Positions 48,828 through 59,988 of a DNA stretch of 64,000 bases are shown here, in pieces. The stretch covers positions 64,001 to 128,000 of the IMG/VR virus record IMGVR_UViG_3300013104_000002; one strand, given 5' to 3'. Below the pieces are notes generated by a model, which ran no database searches, was not told the DNA's origin, and saw nothing but the letters and a program-made list of their open reading frames with translations. The position numbers were made by a program, and so were the translations under genes. The DNA is from a virus. The number at the start of each line of letters is the position of its first letter. The stretch's first letter is position 1.

Positions 48828-49049
48828 ATGGGTTATATAGCAAGAGAAATAAGGACAAATAAGGTATATTATAGTAAAGGAGCAAACAAATTAGCGGATA
48901 AAATAGGCTGTAACTACTCAACTATAACAAAATACTTCTCTAAACAACAAAATAAAGGAACGGAAAAGGAAATAAAAGGCTTTATTATATCTGAAACAAT
49001 AGATTTAACTAACCAAAACCGAGGAAATAATATAAAAATCAATGTTTAA
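48828..49049 (+). CDS. Small HTH (NUMOD1-like) protein
   Basis: ANKLADKIGCNYSTITKY. Confidence 0.55.
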   Translation: MGYIAREIRTNKVYYSKGANKLADKIGCNYSTITKYFSKQQNKGTEKEIKGFIISETIDLTNQNRGNNIKINV

Positions 49050-49094
49050 CGGGAATAAAACTTCCTATTCGGCGCAAAATAAAAAATAAAACAG

Positions 49095-49313
49095 ATGAAA
49101 ACAATCAAACAATGGTTAGAAACATTAGAAGAACCATACAAAACAGAAGCTTTAAATAACTCATACTCTTCAAATGAAGCTATAGAAGTAATGTCCCTAT
49201 CAGAAGCTTTGAAATGGGCTTTTACTTGGTCAGTTACCAATGAAGGTCACTACTATTGGTGTAATTTACATTCAATAAATCTAAATTCAGAAAGATTTGA
49301 ACAGGAAAGTTAA
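49095..49313 (+). CDS. Hypothetical protein
   Basis: SLSEAL..AF.W..T.EGH.YW motif. Confidence 0.6.
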   Translation: MKTIKQWLETLEEPYKTEALNNSYSSNEAIEVMSLSEALKWAFTWSVTNEGHYYWCNLHSINLNSERFEQES

Positions 49314-49436
49314 TAGGTGTACAACCCCAACCCACAATAAATTTGACTTTCAAACAAGGGCAAAAAAGTGAATTTAACTTAAAAACAACAAAAATCAGGC
49401 GAAAATAGTGATTTTTTACCTATTCAAATATAAAGT

Positions 49437-49736
49437 ATGGTTATGAAAAATCCAAATAAGAAGTTTGATAAGCAATTAGACACAATGAGAGAAGAGGCTT
49501 TACAGTATTTAAAGTATCTGGTATATAATAAGTTTAAGCAAAATAAGACCTTAAATTGTTTTGGTTTAGCTATGGGTGTTTGCTTTTGGGTTGATTTAGA
49601 TAATGAGGTATTATATGACCATGAGGTAAATGATAAGTTTGTACAGGAATTTATTCAGGAATGGGATGATGTGTTTAAGCTTACAGGAGAAGGTATTAAA
49701 TGGTTTAGGGATGGTTCTGTTATTACTGATTGGTAA
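49437..49736 (+). CDS. Hypothetical protein
   Basis: 99 aa. Confidence 0.55.
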   Translation: MVMKNPNKKFDKQLDTMREEALQYLKYLVYNKFKQNKTLNCFGLAMGVCFWVDLDNEVLYDHEVNDKFVQEFIQEWDDVFKLTGEGIKWFRDGSVITDW

Positions 49737-49796
49737 CTATTGTTTATCCTGTTTTAATTTCTTTTTCGCGCGAATTAATCAATTAAACTTAATACT

Positions 49797-50042
49797 ATGA
49801 AAACTATAATTAACATAGAAAACCACATTATAAACCGTTTAAAAATTTACTGTGTGGATTATCAAAGCATAAGAGGATTTAACACTAATTATTTAATACA
49901 TGAAGCTTATAAACCTGAATATTTAACCTTAAAATATAATACAGTTTTAATAGGTTGTAAAGGGCATGAAATAAGTGTAACAGAATTGGATATTAAATCT
50001 TTAATAAAACTATTTAGATTTATTGTAAGAGGTGGTAATTAG
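49797..50042 (+). CDS. Hypothetical protein
   Basis: 81 aa, preceded by the repeat. Confidence 0.55.
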   Translation: MKTIINIENHIINRLKIYCVDYQSIRGFNTNYLIHEAYKPEYLTLKYNTVLIGCKGHEISVTELDIKSLIKLFRFIVRGGN

Positions 50043-50107
50043 TAGTATTTTTTATTTCTGTTTTAATTTTCTTTTTCCCGCGATTTAACAACTAATAACA
50101 AAACAAC

Positions 50108-50557
50108 ATGAAAGACTTAATAATAACAGCTTTAAACGAAGCTAATACGATTTTAGAGAAAAGAGTACCACAAACAAATATAGAAGTAAAGCAGGTTATT
50201 ATAGAGGATGTTAACCCCTTGGAACTGGTTAAATTTATGAAGAAAAATAATATTCCCGATAATGCTTGGTTCGGGGGTATTGATAACGGTTATGATGGTT
50301 TTAGTGATGTTTGTTTAAATTACGATGTTATTTTACCCACTACAGAAAAAGAGAAATTAAAATTTAGACAAGAAAAGTTTAAACAAATAGCATTTAAACC
50401 TGTACATGATATTCTAATTAGTAACGGTTATAAAAGAGTAGGGTTTAATTCAGGATTATTAAAACAGTTTTCTGATACTAATGTATTTGATATGTTCTTT
50501 AATAAAGAATTTGATAGGCTTGTAGAGTATTATTCGCTATCTTTTATCCTTGCTTAA
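50108..50557 (+). CDS. Hypothetical protein
   Basis: 149 aa, flanked by repeats. Confidence 0.65.
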   Translation: MKDLIITALNEANTILEKRVPQTNIEVKQVIIEDVNPLELVKFMKKNNIPDNAWFGGIDNGYDGFSDVCLNYDVILPTTEKEKLKFRQEKFKQIAFKPVHDILISNGYKRVGFNSGLLKQFSDTNVFDMFFNKEFDRLVEYYSLSFILA

Positions 50558-51424
50558 TTTTCTTTTTCCCGCCAATTTTAATAATTAAAATGAATATTTA
50601 TGAACGATAGTGTATTAGATAGACAAAGAAAAATTGAAAAACTAGAAAATGAACTCCTCTTAATAAAGCAAAACTTTAGATTACTAAAGAGAAATGATAA
50701 AAATTATAAACAAGTGAGAGATAGTATTAATAATATGTATAATAAAATAGAGAATTTAAGACAACGTAATAAGCTTTTAATTTCTTTTATCGGAGATTTT
50801 TAACTTTTAAATTATTTACTATGAAACTATCTATATCGACATTTAAAATACTGTGCCACTTATGGAATTACCCCGAAGAAGTTTTAGAAGATAGAGAATA
50901 TCTTAATAAGACTTTATTGGCTTTAAATAGTCAGGATATTAATTTCAGTAAAAAAGAGAAAGAAACTGCAATAAAAGAAATAACTAAACTCTTAGATGTA
51001 TTATGACAAACTTGCAATTAAAAAACGACATAGAAAAATTGCTATCTTATGATATGTACTGTTATAGTGATATTACAACAGATTACTGCCCTGAACTTGG
51101 TTTTATATTAGATGTTAAAGATAATAGTTATTTTTACACTAATAAGCAGGACAGAGATAATGATGATTCAGAGATTATGAAATTATTAGAAAATAAATTT
51201 TACATGTAATGAACTTAAACGAAAGAATTTTAGAAAATGACTACCCTGTTAACTGGGGTTATTTGTATGTAGCTGATAACAGAATAATTCGTTCAGATAT
51301 ACAAGGTACAATTGCAGACTTAAAAAGAGATTTAAGAAGTCAGGGAATTTCTTGCACAGTAATTACTTTATGTGATATTGAAGGTAGAAGAAAATTGATG
51401 ACAGAGTAAATCAGTCAAAAAACA

Positions 51425-51484
51425 GGCAAAGGCGAGGTGCAGTCCGAAATAATAAGGAAATTGGGTTCGATTCCCTTTTTGCCA
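51425..51484 (+). ncRNA. Mini tRNA-like element
   Basis: Acceptor-like stem GGCAAAG/TTTTGCC plus A; T-arm GGG-TTCGATT-CCC; only one short internal hairpin. Confidence 0.5.
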
Positions 51485-51506
51485 CTAATTTAAAAACAAC
51501 TTAATT

Positions 51507-51713
51507 ATGAAAACATTTGAACTAATACCAACAAACGGTAGAAAATCGTTTTACGGAAAAGCAAAAGTAATAGAGTCAGAAAATAAAATAGAACTGCAAA
51601 GTTATGATACTATTGTAGCTCAAATTATTGATGGTGTGTTTACTGTAAATGGTAAATATAGCCTTACTACTGATATTCATATCAAGAGTTTTAGAAAATT
51701 TTATTCTGTTTAA
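51507..51713 (+). CDS. Conserved small phage protein
   Basis: KSFYGKAKV...LQSYDTIVA...YS.TT..HIK.F. Confidence 0.65.
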   Translation: MKTFELIPTNGRKSFYGKAKVIESENKIELQSYDTIVAQIIDGVFTVNGKYSLTTDIHIKSFRKFYSV

Positions 51714-51754
51714 TCTTTTTATGCGCGAAAATAATAACTAAAAACAACGTAATT

Positions 51755-52057
51755 ATGAAATCAAATTTCCAAGTTTTTAAAGAGCAAGTAGGTAAAACAA
51801 GAACGTTTTTGTCTTCATTAATGGCTGTATGGGAGTCACCAAGCCACGATTTACTAGCATTATTGTTACAGAATCTTAGTTTTGATGGCTCAGAATGTAT
51901 AAATTACAATTTCAATAAAGACTTTAAGAAGTGTGAAGACATTGTAAAAGCTTTAAAGGAGTTAAAAGGGAGAAGCGAATCTTGTCCAGTAACACAATAT
52001 ATTTGTGAGGAAGTAGATTTACTTTATACAGGATATGTAGTAATGGGTAATTGTTAA
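51755..52057 (+). CDS. Hypothetical protein
   Basis: 100 aa, preceded by the repeat. Confidence 0.55.
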   Translation: MKSNFQVFKEQVGKTRTFLSSLMAVWESPSHDLLALLLQNLSFDGSECINYNFNKDFKKCEDIVKALKELKGRSESCPVTQYICEEVDLLYTGYVVMGNC

Positions 52058-53251
52058 GCTATGAAAAATTACAATCTAATAAGAGCAGAAAATAATGAGC
52101 TACAAAAATTGCAAAAATTTAAAAAGCCTTTCACAGATTTTGTAAATACAATAGTTTACTCAGGAGAAGAAACTGATGAAGATATGTGTGAATTTTTTCT
52201 ATTACAGGACAGCGAAAAAGAATTCGAAAAGTTAGACATAGAAATAGAAAAAACAGCCTTAAAATTAGCCAGACTTTTGGAATTAAAAGAACAAGAATTA
52301 AAAAACGCTATAATAAACATGTTATGAGTATGGACTTACTACAAGACGCATTAGAAAAAGTGACTTATGAAATGGCTTCAACAATAAAAAGAGGTCAGGA
52401 AATAACGTTAAATGAAAAATATACACTATATTTGTATGAAGCAGGACAAAGCTTAGTTATAGTGGAAACAGAAGACTGGAAAGAAATTTACTGGGTACAA
52501 TATAATCCAGAGAATAAAGCTATTGATTATGGAGGACTTTAAAATGGAGAACTTACATCAAATTAAGAATTATCTTGCAGAAGCATCAAGAAGAGCCAAT
52601 GATTTTGCCGATCAAAATAACGTTGAACTAATGGAATACTGGAAAGGTCAAGTTTTAGGAATGATTAAGATAATCAATCTTTTAGAATTAGATATTAATA
52701 CGGAATTTTATATAAAACAAATACCTTAAACTATGGAAGATTTAAACATTAAATTATTAGAGGGTTATTTAACAGAGGGTAAAGATAACAAAGAAATAGA
52801 AATACAAGACTATGAAGATTTAGGAACAGAGATAAAAGTTTGGTACTATTGGTATACTCCAAATTTAGAAACTATATCTTTATTTGATTTAATCAGTTTT
52901 GTTTATAGTAAAAATTCAGTTTCTTTTTAACCCCTTTTTTTCGCCAAAAAAACAATTTAAAAAATAAAATTATGACAACAGTAACAGTAGATATAGCAGA
53001 AAAAGATTTATTAAATTATACAATAATTGATAATATGAATTTAGAAATGTATGACGAAAACGGTCACAACAATTTATTTAAACAATATTCTTTCACGCTT
53101 TATCAAAAAAGAATTATGGGAGATGATAAAGTTACAATGCAAATATCTTTACATAGATTTTTATTGTTTAAAGGTTTTGGATTGGTAAAATAACTATGTT
53201 TTTATCTATTTTTGCCGAAAATTATACATACATTTACAAAAAATACTTATT

Positions 53252-53605
53252 ATGAATGATAGAAATATAAAGTTTGCCGAATTTATGGGTATTATAAATA
53301 CAGATAAAGATTTAGGAAAGTGGTTTTTAGAAAATCCAAAAGACGAAGAAATAAATTTTTCCTTTGATTGGAATAAAGTACACGAACTAAAAGAGTTTAT
53401 AGAGAGTCAATACGAGGTTTTTGTGCATATTTTAGGTAAAGGCTGTTTAGTTACTACAACTAACTCAAAATTATTAGAAGCTAACGATTGGAATGATTGT
53501 TTAGCAATGTTAGAAATTTCTCCTGAGGAAGTACAAAGTATAACAGGAATTGAATGGGCTAACAGGGTTTTAGAAATATTTATAGATAAAATAAAAAGAT
53601 TATGA
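53252..53605 (+). CDS. Probable paralogue of the 48149 protein
   Basis: N.KFAEFMG...F.FDWN....KE.IE. Confidence 0.55.
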   Translation: MNDRNIKFAEFMGIINTDKDLGKWFLENPKDEEINFSFDWNKVHELKEFIESQYEVFVHILGKGCLVTTTNSKLLEANDWNDCLAMLEISPEEVQSITGIEWANRVLEIFIDKIKRL

Positions 53606-53853
53606 AAAAAGAAATATTAAAAGCTATTATGGAAAGATATGGCTCTCTATCAACATTAAAAACAGCAATGTATGAAGATTTAGATACAGTTATTGTTAAT
53701 CTTTCTGCTGACTTAGATGATGAATATTCAGAGGAGGAAATTTCAGATTACGTAAGTTTAATTCTATAAACTACTAAATTAACGCATATGAAAGATAGAC
53801 TAACAGATTATGACAAGAATTTCAGTAGAAGAGGCAATTAAAAAATTAGAGTT

Positions 53854-54225
53854 ATGAAAATAGAATTGAAGGACTTAATGAATGACAACGAAATGTTATC
53901 TCATATTTTTTTAGGGTGCATCAAAAGGGAGCATATTATTAAAATACGAGACAAATATGTAAATGGTAAAGATTGGAGAACTGAATCGGTTAAAATACCT
54001 GTAGAGATGAAAATAGGTGGGATTCCTGTAAACCCTAAAGAATTTTTTGATAGCTGGAAAGACCAAATGCAAGATATGATTTTTAAAAGAGCAAAATCAT
54101 TAGTTTCTGAAAAGTTAGGTTCTCAAAAGATGATAGACATGCAGAATAAACTTCAAGAATATGAAGAAGTTTTAAAAAGTTGGGAATCAGAAATTAAGTG
54201 GGATGTTGAAAACCCTTTAAAATAA
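53854..54225 (+). CDS. Hypothetical protein
   Basis: 123 aa. Confidence 0.6.
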   Translation: MKIELKDLMNDNEMLSHIFLGCIKREHIIKIRDKYVNGKDWRTESVKIPVEMKIGGIPVNPKEFFDSWKDQMQDMIFKRAKSLVSEKLGSQKMIDMQNKLQEYEEVLKSWESEIKWDVENPLK

Positions 54226-54722
54226 AATTTCAATATAAAAAAGGAAACTATGAGAAACTATTTATTATTCAGCCTAGAACAGGACATGCCAATAAAATGG
54301 TTTGAAAAGTTCGACAAAGAAGAAATTAAAACAGCTATTATTAATCACCTAACAGAACATAAAACTGATCAATTAGAATTTTGTCGAGAATTTTCCGCAA
54401 AAGATTTAAAAAAGTATATAGGATATGAAATTATAGATTTCTATCAAAACAATAATAACAAGGTTTGTAAAGTAATCACAAAAGGAAATAGAGAGTTTTA
54501 TAAACCGTTAGATTCATACAAATGAAAGAACAATTAAGAGCTTTAATCACCAAGTTAGAGCAGGAGAATAGAAACAGAAGTATTATTTTAGAAGATGATA
54601 ATACTTTACCTGAAACACATTATAATTTACGTGTAAAGTATAACAATACATTATATATTATTAAACAGTTGAAAGAGATTTTACTTTCTTAATTTCTTTT
54701 TTCGCGCAAAAAACTTAAAAAC

Positions 54723-55097
54723 ATGACAACACAAACAAAATCAATAAGATATTTCCAAAAAGGAGACTATATAGTAAGAACTGCTCCCTCAAAATCGTAT
54801 GGAGATAGAAGTTACATAGGAGAAAAGTTAACTTTTATAGGTATTGCAAATGGTAATATTTATTTAGAAAGGGAAGAAGATAATGTAATGACAAAAATAT
54901 TAGGAACAAAACAAATAGTTTTAGCTTTAGATATATGGAATGAAGATTGGCAATATTGGGAGAATCCAGAAGATTTGTTTGCAAAAGAACCTATCTTAAA
55001 TGAAAAATATTTACAGTATTTATTAGATAAAGCAGTTCTTGAAGAAAATTATGAGGAGGCAGAAAAAATCAAAAACCAGTTAAAAGACTTATTATGA
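54723..55097 (+). CDS. Protein with C-terminal UVR (UvrB/UvrC) motif
   Basis: LQYLLDKAVLEENYEEAEKIKNQL. Confidence 0.7.
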   Translation: MTTQTKSIRYFQKGDYIVRTAPSKSYGDRSYIGEKLTFIGIANGNIYLEREEDNVMTKILGTKQIVLALDIWNEDWQYWENPEDLFAKEPILNEKYLQYLLDKAVLEENYEEAEKIKNQLKDLL

Positions 55098-55291
55098 TAA
55101 GATATAGAATAACACAGATATTTGCGATGCTTTTAGTAATTACTTTATTTACTACTATTATTGTAGGGATAGCTTGGTTATTTAATGCGCAACCAGAAAA
55201 TTTATATAAAATCTGGAAATTTTTAGGGGGTTGCTTGGCAATTGCTTTTGTTTTTCAACTTTTATTCGGCGTAAAAATAGATTTTAAATGA
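55094..55291 (+). CDS. Small two-TM membrane protein
   Basis: Two hydrophobic helices. Confidence 0.6.
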   Translation: MIRYRITQIFAMLLVITLFTTIIVGIAWLFNAQPENLYKIWKFLGGCLAIAFVFQLLFGVKIDFK

Positions 55292-55433
55292 AACAGACAG
55301 ACTTAGAAGTCCTAAAAAGACTAAATAACGAAATAGACAGACAAGAAGTAATACAGTGGTTTAATGAAAACGACATAGATTATTTCACTATGACTGATTT
55401 AGAAATGTATATAACTTATATAGAAAAAAACTT

Positions 55434-55718
55434 ATGAAAACAATACAATTTACAGGAACAGAAATCGAGATAACTAATTTAAATTTCGCATTAGATATTT
55501 CAGATAACATTTTACCTAAACAAACTGAAACAAGAGTTTATCTTTTAACAGTGGAAGATAGTGATATTTCAGAAGAAAATATGAGTGATGGAGAATTTAT
55601 GAAATTAGCAGAAGAAAAGGGAAGTGTTTATTCTTTAGAAGGATTTCAACAGGCTTTTAATTGGGAAGAAGTTAATAGTAGCACCGATGTTATTAGATTT
55701 ATAAATGTAACTATTTAA
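55434..55718 (+). CDS. Hypothetical protein
   Basis: EFM.LAEEKG.VYSL.GFQ.AFN motif. Confidence 0.6.
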   Translation: MKTIQFTGTEIEITNLNFALDISDNILPKQTETRVYLLTVEDSDISEENMSDGEFMKLAEEKGSVYSLEGFQQAFNWEEVNSSTDVIRFINVTI

Positions 55719-56231
55719 TTCGAGGTAAAATGGAAGAAAACATAAAAATACTACAGACAAAAATTAAACTACTACAAGATATTAAACGATGTGATAAGAC
55801 TATCCTATATAATCTTAAAAATAAAGCAGGTGAGATTATAAATATCTTAAACTCTACTCGTGATAAAGAGAGTACAGTAGAAAGAAATATCTACATCCTA
55901 AGTAAAGAACAAAGACAGACTTTAGAAGATCTTCTATACAGTCTAAAGGCAGATAACTTAACTTCACAAAGAACAGAGCAACATGTTAAAGATTATGTGC
56001 GGGAAAAAGAAATAAAACAAGAAATATTAGACGGACTATGAAACCAATAGATAGATTAAAACAACAATACTATTATGTTCTTTATTATAAAATAGACGAA
56101 GAGGTAAAAAAATACAGGAAAATAAGGTATCAAGCTATGAAAGAGTTTTGTTTGGACTGTTCTTTACTTTCTCCCGCCGAAATAGAAGAAATGGAGCGAA
56201 GCGTAGGTGTTGAACATTAAAGAAATAAGAT

Positions 56232-56540
56232 ATGAAAATATATTCAGAACAAGATTTAAGAGAAGCTTTTAGGGCAGGTAGTAGCTACGGTATGAATTAT
56301 GTAAGCTGGCTTTCAGAAGTAAAAGATGAAGATGAGTACATTGAAAGTTTAAATCCTAAACAAGTAGATGAAGAGAAAATAAGTTTTACTTATTCTTTTT
56401 TGCGCCGAAAATTAGAATGGGAAGATTTTTGTGATTTAACAGGAATTAACTACTACGCTACAAGAAACGGGTTTGAAATAAAAGACAATGAGATATTTGA
56501 AATTACAGAATCAGAAGCTAAAGAATATGACTTAATTTAG
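56232..56540 (+). CDS. Hypothetical protein
   Basis: YSEQDLREAF.AG N-terminus. Confidence 0.6.
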   Translation: MKIYSEQDLREAFRAGSSYGMNYVSWLSEVKDEDEYIESLNPKQVDEEKISFTYSFLRRKLEWEDFCDLTGINYYATRNGFEIKDNEIFEITESEAKEYDLI

Positions 56541-57458
56541 AAGCTATGAAAACAACTTTAAAAGTACTACATAAGAGATTTAATAAACCCGAATTAATAT
56601 TAGAGACAACTATAAGCAGTTTTAAAATTTCTCAAACAAGAAAAAGTAACAAAGGGATAGACTGTTTTCAATGGTTCACAGAAGAAAGATTTAATAAAGA
56701 ATTTAAATTTTTAGATTAATTATGATAACAAAATACATCAGACTATTATCTTACGATGAAGCTTGCAAAGTAATAGATTTCGTAAATGAAAACTCCAAAC
56801 ATTATGCTTATATTACTATGGGCGGTGTTGGAGTACAGACAGAAGATTGGGCAGATTTAGAGAAATACATACAAACATTTACAAAAAGATATAATATTTC
56901 CAGCGAGCATCCCTATAAAACGGAGCAAAGAATAGTGAGTAATTTAAAGAATTGTTTTGAAATGTAGAAATTATGATAAAAGAAAAAGACAGATTTAGAT
57001 ATTCCCTACAGCCATTTAAAGGTTATAAATTTAGAGCTATATATTTAGTTGAAGATAATGAGACAGGTGAACAATTAACAAATGTAGATGTTTATACAAA
57101 TTGTGAAAACAAACAAATTGTTTTATTAGCCTTTTTTCGCGAATCAAAGAAAAAATATCCTCAACCACTTACAGCACAAATAATTCATTTTACTTCAAAG
57201 GAAGAACAAACACTTAGAGATATATGGAAGCATTAAAAATATTTAAATATTACTCCGACATAGGATACGATGTATTTTTTACTAAAATTTTCGGTAAAGA
57301 AGGACTAAAAATGGTAAAAAGGTATAGTTATAAAGCTGAGAGATCATTGGTTTGCACCCAGATATTCGAATACTCTGAGAAAAACGACAAAGAACTAAGA
57401 GAATGTTTACTATTCATGTATAATGATATTGAAGAACAAGAAGAAACTGGTAATTACT

Positions 57459-58151
57459 ATGAAGAAATTTAAAACTATACTAGTGGGGTGTGAGGAAAGT
57501 CAAGCTGTCACTATAGAGCTTAGAAAATTAGGGCATATAGCTTACAGTTGCGATTTACTTCCTTGTAGTGGAAATCATACAGAATGGCACTTACAAATGG
57601 ATGTTTTTAAAGCTATTGAGGGTGGAAAGTTAATCACTGAATCAGGAGAACTGATTTTAATAGATAAATGGGATATGGGAATTTTCTTCCCAGATTGCAC
57701 ATACTTAACTTGTAGTGCAGAATGGGCATATAAGGAGCCTCCGTATCATCAGAAAGTAAAAGAGGATACATTAACAGGTAAAAAAAGAATAGAAGCGAGA
57801 GACAAAGCAATAGAATTTGTAAAAGCATTATATGACTCTTACATCCCTAAAATAGTAATTGAAAATCCTGTAGGAGTATTAGGGACTAGATTTATGAAAC
57901 CAACCCAGACCATTCAACCTTATGAGTACGGAGATGATGCGAGTAAAAGGACATGTTTATGGATGAAGAATTTGCCTAAATTAAAACCCACACAATATGT
58001 AGCCCCCAGAATAGTAAACGGTAAGGAAAGATGGGCTAACCAGACAGATTCAGGACAAAATAAATTAACACCAACAGAAGACAGAGCAAAATTAAGAAGT
58101 AAAACTTATCCAGGAATTGCAAAACAAATGGCAATCCAATTTACTAGATAA
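57459..58151 (+). CDS. DNA cytosine-C5 methyltransferase-like protein
   Basis: ILVGCEESQAV, SCDL, FPDCTYL (IV), IENPVG (VI), IQPYEYG...KRTCLW (VIII), RSKTYPGIA..MA.Q. Confidence 0.8.
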   Translation: MKKFKTILVGCEESQAVTIELRKLGHIAYSCDLLPCSGNHTEWHLQMDVFKAIEGGKLITESGELILIDKWDMGIFFPDCTYLTCSAEWAYKEPPYHQKVKEDTLTGKKRIEARDKAIEFVKALYDSYIPKIVIENPVGVLGTRFMKPTQTIQPYEYGDDASKRTCLWMKNLPKLKPTQYVAPRIVNGKERWANQTDSGQNKLTPTEDRAKLRSKTYPGIAKQMAIQFTR

Positions 58152-58162
58152 ATGATAATTAA

Positions 58163-58726
58163 ATGCGTAAAAGAAGGACTAAAATAAAACAGGGAGATGT
58201 ATTTAATAGATTAACAATAGTTTCATTTGCATATTCTGACTCAAAAAGAAAAAGTTACTTTAATGTGATTTGTGAATGTGGGAACGAAAAAGTAATTTGT
58301 GGGGCACTCATGATTTCAGGAAACACTAAAAGTTGTGGCTGTCTTTCAAAAGAGATTAGGGCAAAAAAGAGAATACCCGAAAACTATTCTGAAATAACTT
58401 CCATTATTTTAGGTTATAAAAGACATGCTAAAGATAGGGGGTTTATCTGGGGATTAAGGCGAGAAGATGTGAAAATTATTATATTCCAAAATTGCAATTA
58501 TTGTGGAATGCCTCCCATGAATATAAAAAGAACTAAGAATTCTATAGGAGAAGGTTTACGTTATTCAGGAATAGATAGAAGAGACTCCCTAAAGGATTAT
58601 ACCTTAGAGAATGTTGTACCTTGTTGTAAGATATGCAACTTTGCAAAAAGCAACCTCACTTTTATAGAATTTAAAGCTTGGTTAGAAAGAATATGTGAAA
58701 ATATTAATAAATGGGAAAATATTTAA
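58163..58726 (+). CDS. HNH homing endonuclease
   Basis: CECG...TKSCGC; CNYCG...GIDR.DS...Y..ENVVPCC..CN..K. Confidence 0.88.
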   Translation: MRKRRTKIKQGDVFNRLTIVSFAYSDSKRKSYFNVICECGNEKVICGALMISGNTKSCGCLSKEIRAKKRIPENYSEITSIILGYKRHAKDRGFIWGLRREDVKIIIFQNCNYCGMPPMNIKRTKNSIGEGLRYSGIDRRDSLKDYTLENVVPCCKICNFAKSNLTFIEFKAWLERICENINKWENI

Positions 58727-58728
58727 AT

Positions 58729-59019
58729 ATGAAAACAATAGAAATTTACGGCACATTATACTTAACAGTAACAGCCGACGAGGCACAGGAATTACCTGAT
58801 GAAGGACATGAAATATATTTACTTAAAGAAGATGGGAGTTTGGACGATATTAACTTAGAAAGTATTTTATACGAAAATGTAGAGTATGTTGTTAAAATCG
58901 GCGAAATAGAAGAACTAAGAAGCGAGTACGAAGAAGGACAACAAAACAGATTTAGAAATAATGTGAGAATGAGTTTTGAAGATTTTATAGATCAAAAAGT
59001 TGAAATGTGTTTGATATGA
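58729..59019 (+). CDS. Acidic hypothetical protein
   Basis: ORF-track protein; likely start MKTIEI. Confidence 0.55.
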   Translation: MKTIEIYGTLYLTVTADEAQELPDEGHEIYLLKEDGSLDDINLESILYENVEYVVKIGEIEELRSEYEEGQQNRFRNNVRMSFEDFIDQKVEMCLI

Positions 59020-59499
59020 ATAAAGTAGATAAATTACTAAAAGCATTAAAACCTTGTACAAAAGCTCTTATGAAACTTTCATTTAAAGAGTTTGAGGTTA
59101 AAGATGGACAAAAACAAATAAGTCCTACAATAAGTAATCAAAATATATTAATAGAGGATTAGTATGCACCAATTGACATCAGAAGAAATACCACAAGAAA
59201 TAATAGATAGATATATTCCGCAAGAAATAATATTAAGAGAGAAACTAATTAGAAAAATAAACGAGATGTATCAGTACCATCCAGAATCTTATAATAATGC
59301 TTGTAAAGGTAATTACTCTTTTATTCAGGATTTATTAGAGAGACATATTTTTCATTACTGTTAATTCTTTTTTTGTATAAATGGGAATTAATCATTATCT
59401 TTACAATTTAATATTAAATAAGTAAAGTAATGGTGGTTCAGACCATCTAAGAGTTCGAAGTTAGAAAAGAATTTATATCGATTTAAGTATAAAGCTGAT

Positions 59500-59988
59500 A
59501 TGATGAAGTTTTTAAATAACAATTTTTACGAATCAGTAAATGGTACAGTTTCTTTAAATCATAACTCCTTTAATTGTAGTAACACAAGAAGAGAATGGTT
59601 TGTTTGGTATAATGATTATGCTATAAAAAACACTCCTTTAAAAATTGTTTTAAAACAAATGGATTTTAGAGGAAGAAAATTTATATCCAAAAATAATATA
59701 ATTAGTAAAGAAGATAAAAGATACTTCGCTTTTTCAGAAAAAGTAATTAGATTGATGTGCAATATTTACGAAAATGATGAAAGGACAATTCTACCAAGTA
59801 AGGCTAAAAAATTAATAAATCTCTTTGAAAAGAGAGGATTTAAAGATTTTGAACCTTCTGAAGAAGACTGGACATATATCAATGGTCATATAGGAGATGG
59901 TATCTCTTTTTGGCACTGGAGTGATAGATGTAACTTTTTAAGATGTAAAGTAATTTTAGAATATTTTAAAAGAGAAGGATTATGTTAG
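59500..59988 (+). CDS. Hypothetical protein
   Basis: 162 aa. Confidence 0.55.
   Translation: MMKFLNNNFYESVNGTVSLNHNSFNCSNTRREWFVWYNDYAIKNTPLKIVLKQMDFRGRKFISKNNIISKEDKRYFAFSEKVIRLMCNIYENDERTILPSKAKKLINLFEKRGFKDFEPSEEDWTYINGHIGDGISFWHWSDRCNFLRCKVILEYFKREGLC

Larger units (their letters stand above)
49743..54710 (+). repeat. Dispersed ~30-bp gene-junction repeat (TTTATYCTGTTTTAATTTCTTTTTCGCGCGAA-like)
   Basis: Copies at 49743, 50051, 50543, 51700, ~52920, ~53200 and 54680; also ~30737, 43311-43338 (minus), ~44582 and 63244. Confidence 0.75.

Noticed and set aside
49314-49372. Possible preQ1-like or other riboswitch (CCC...TTTGA/TCAAA...GGG)
   Set aside because: The stems are too short and the consensus nucleotides are not convincingly present.
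49743-54710. CRISPR array
   Set aside because: The repeats are degenerate and separated by whole genes of variable length; there is no cas operon, and the PD-(D/E)XK gene is a typical phage exonuclease.
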